In this document: positions 62,922-64,000 of the stretch, in pieces | Layout of the letters: every line of letters begins with the position of its first letter | How positions within the stretch are numbered: the first letter of the stretch is position 1 | NCBI GenBank assembly: GCA_965218795.1 | Contig: OZ244653.1 | Coordinates: 3,776,001-3,840,000 of the forward strand | Reading direction: 5' to 3' | Origin: a bacterium | GTDB lineage: Bacteria > UBA8248 > JACPRG01 > G963555815 | Length of the DNA: 64,000 nucleotides | Made by a program: the position numbers and the translations under genes | The notes under the pieces: generated by a model | Told to the model about the DNA's origin: nothing | Databases searched by the model: none | Seen by the model: only the letters and a program-made list of their open reading frames with translations

Positions 62922-62950
62922 TTGACAATAATCCACTAAGATTATAAATT
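62922..62950 (+). promoter_or_regulatory. Sigma70-type promoter upstream of clpB
   Basis: TTGACA-N17-TAAATT in an AT-rich tract. Confidence 0.6.
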
Positions 62951-63149
62951 CAATCCAACAATAACAGTAGTCGTCCTGCCTCCGACCAGTATCGACGAGT
63001 CTTGCCCAATGGATTCATCGACGGGAAGGCCAAAAGCGGCATCAAGACCCCTTTTAGGAGAGGACTCCCGGCTCGATTCGGCATGAATTCGGTGGACGAA
63101 TGACAGAAATGCCCCGCCTACCGTAACTTGGCGGTAAAGGAAATCCGTA

Positions 63150-64000
63150 ATGCGCATGGATCGTTTGACCATCAAGGCGCAAGAGGCGCTCCAGGAGGCT
63201 CGGTCTCAGGCTGAAGCCGCGGGCCACCAGGCTGTTGAGCCTGAACACCTGTTGCGAGTCCTCCTGCTCCAGCCCGAAGGCGCTGTCCCGGCAGTTCTCA
63301 TCCGGATCGGGGTAGCGCCGCATGAGGCGGGGGCCGAACTCGACAAGGCCCTGGAAAAGCTTCCTCATGTTTCCGGAGGTGAAACCGGGTACATATCTCC
63401 CCGGCTCAAGAAGGTTCTGGAGGCCGGCTTCAAGGAAGCAGCCGGAATGAAGGACGAATTCGTCAGCGTTGAGCATCTGCTGATCGCCCTTTCCGACCAG
63501 GCGGGCGGCGATGCGTCCGGCATCTTGCAATCCAAGGGGGTGACGCGCGACCGGATTCTCGAAGCCCTCTCGGACATCCGGGGGACTCAGCGGGTCACCG
63601 ACCAGAATCCCGAGGAGAAGTATCAAGCGCTCGAACGCTACAGCCGCGACCTGACCGACTTGGCCAGGCGGGGAAAACTCGACCCGGTCATCGGCCGGGA
63701 GGAGGAAGAGCGGCGCGTTATGCAGGTTTTGTCCAGGAGGATGAAGAACAATCCTGTGCTGATCGGCGAGCCCGGGGTGGGTAAGACCGCAATCGTCGAA
63801 GGAATCGCTCAGAGGATTGTCAACGGCGACGTTCCCGAATCCCTGAAACACAAGCGTCTGGTTGCGCTGGACATGGGAGCCCTGATCGCGGGGGCCAAGT
63901 ACCGCGGTGAGTTCGAGGACCGGCTCAAGGCCGTCCTGAAGGAGGTCACTGAAGCCGGCGGCCGGATCATCCTGTTCATCGACGAGCTTCACACCGTGGT
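63150..64000 (+). CDS. clpB: ClpB chaperone (5' part, runs off the window; absent from the ORF track)
   Basis: [54 protein letters not shown]. Confidence 0.96.
   Translation, partial: MRMDRLTIKAQEALQEARSQAEAAGHQAVEPEHLLRVLLLQPEGAVPAVLIRIGVAPHEAGAELDKALEKLPHVSGGETGYISPRLKKVLEAGFKEAAGMKDEFVSVEHLLIALSDQAGGDASGILQSKGVTRDRILEALSDIRGTQRVTDQNPEEKYQALERYSRDLTDLARRGKLDPVIGREEEERRVMQVLSRRMKNNPVLIGEPGVGKTAIVEGIAQRIVNGDVPESLKHKRLVALDMGALIAGAKYRGEFEDRLKAVLKEVTEAGGRIILFIDELHTV

Overview
GC-rich bacterial chromosomal window. The gene order yceD-rpmF-plsX-fab-rnc-smc-ftsY and yggS-proC-yggT-divIVA suggests a Deltaproteobacteria/Nitrospinota-like organism (inference only). The left half (1-31 kb) is accessory and probably serves N-heterocycle/aromatic catabolism. 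It holds a Liv-type ABC transporter, two xanthine-dehydrogenase-family Mo subunits with no FAD/FeS partner genes, CoxD/CoxE, MocA, a Rieske oxygenase, a BMP binding protein, gdhA, and an operon of a ferritin-like diiron protein with degenerate M24/M20/Rid proteins. The right half is mainly housekeeping (phosphate transport, fatty-acid synthesis, rnc, smc, ftsY, mtnA, divIVA, proC, partial clpB) plus an isochorismatase/cyclic amidohydrolase trio. The best hidden signal is at the left edge: the 86-aa ORF at 421-681 stops at a TGA lying exactly at the second Cys of the AhpD CxxC motif (C-R-Y-TGA-T-D-S-H), and the frame stays open for 140 more codons. This is a probable two-domain AhpD-like selenoprotein at the end of the transporter/Mo-hydroxylase gene string. 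Other highlights are a 748-aa unannotated protein with GT-A core motifs, a frameshifted P19/Tp34-like + cytochrome c' fusion, several gene remnants, and a REP-rich cassette bounded by direct repeats. No tRNA, rRNA or CRISPR array was seen. All family calls come from motif recognition, not database searches.
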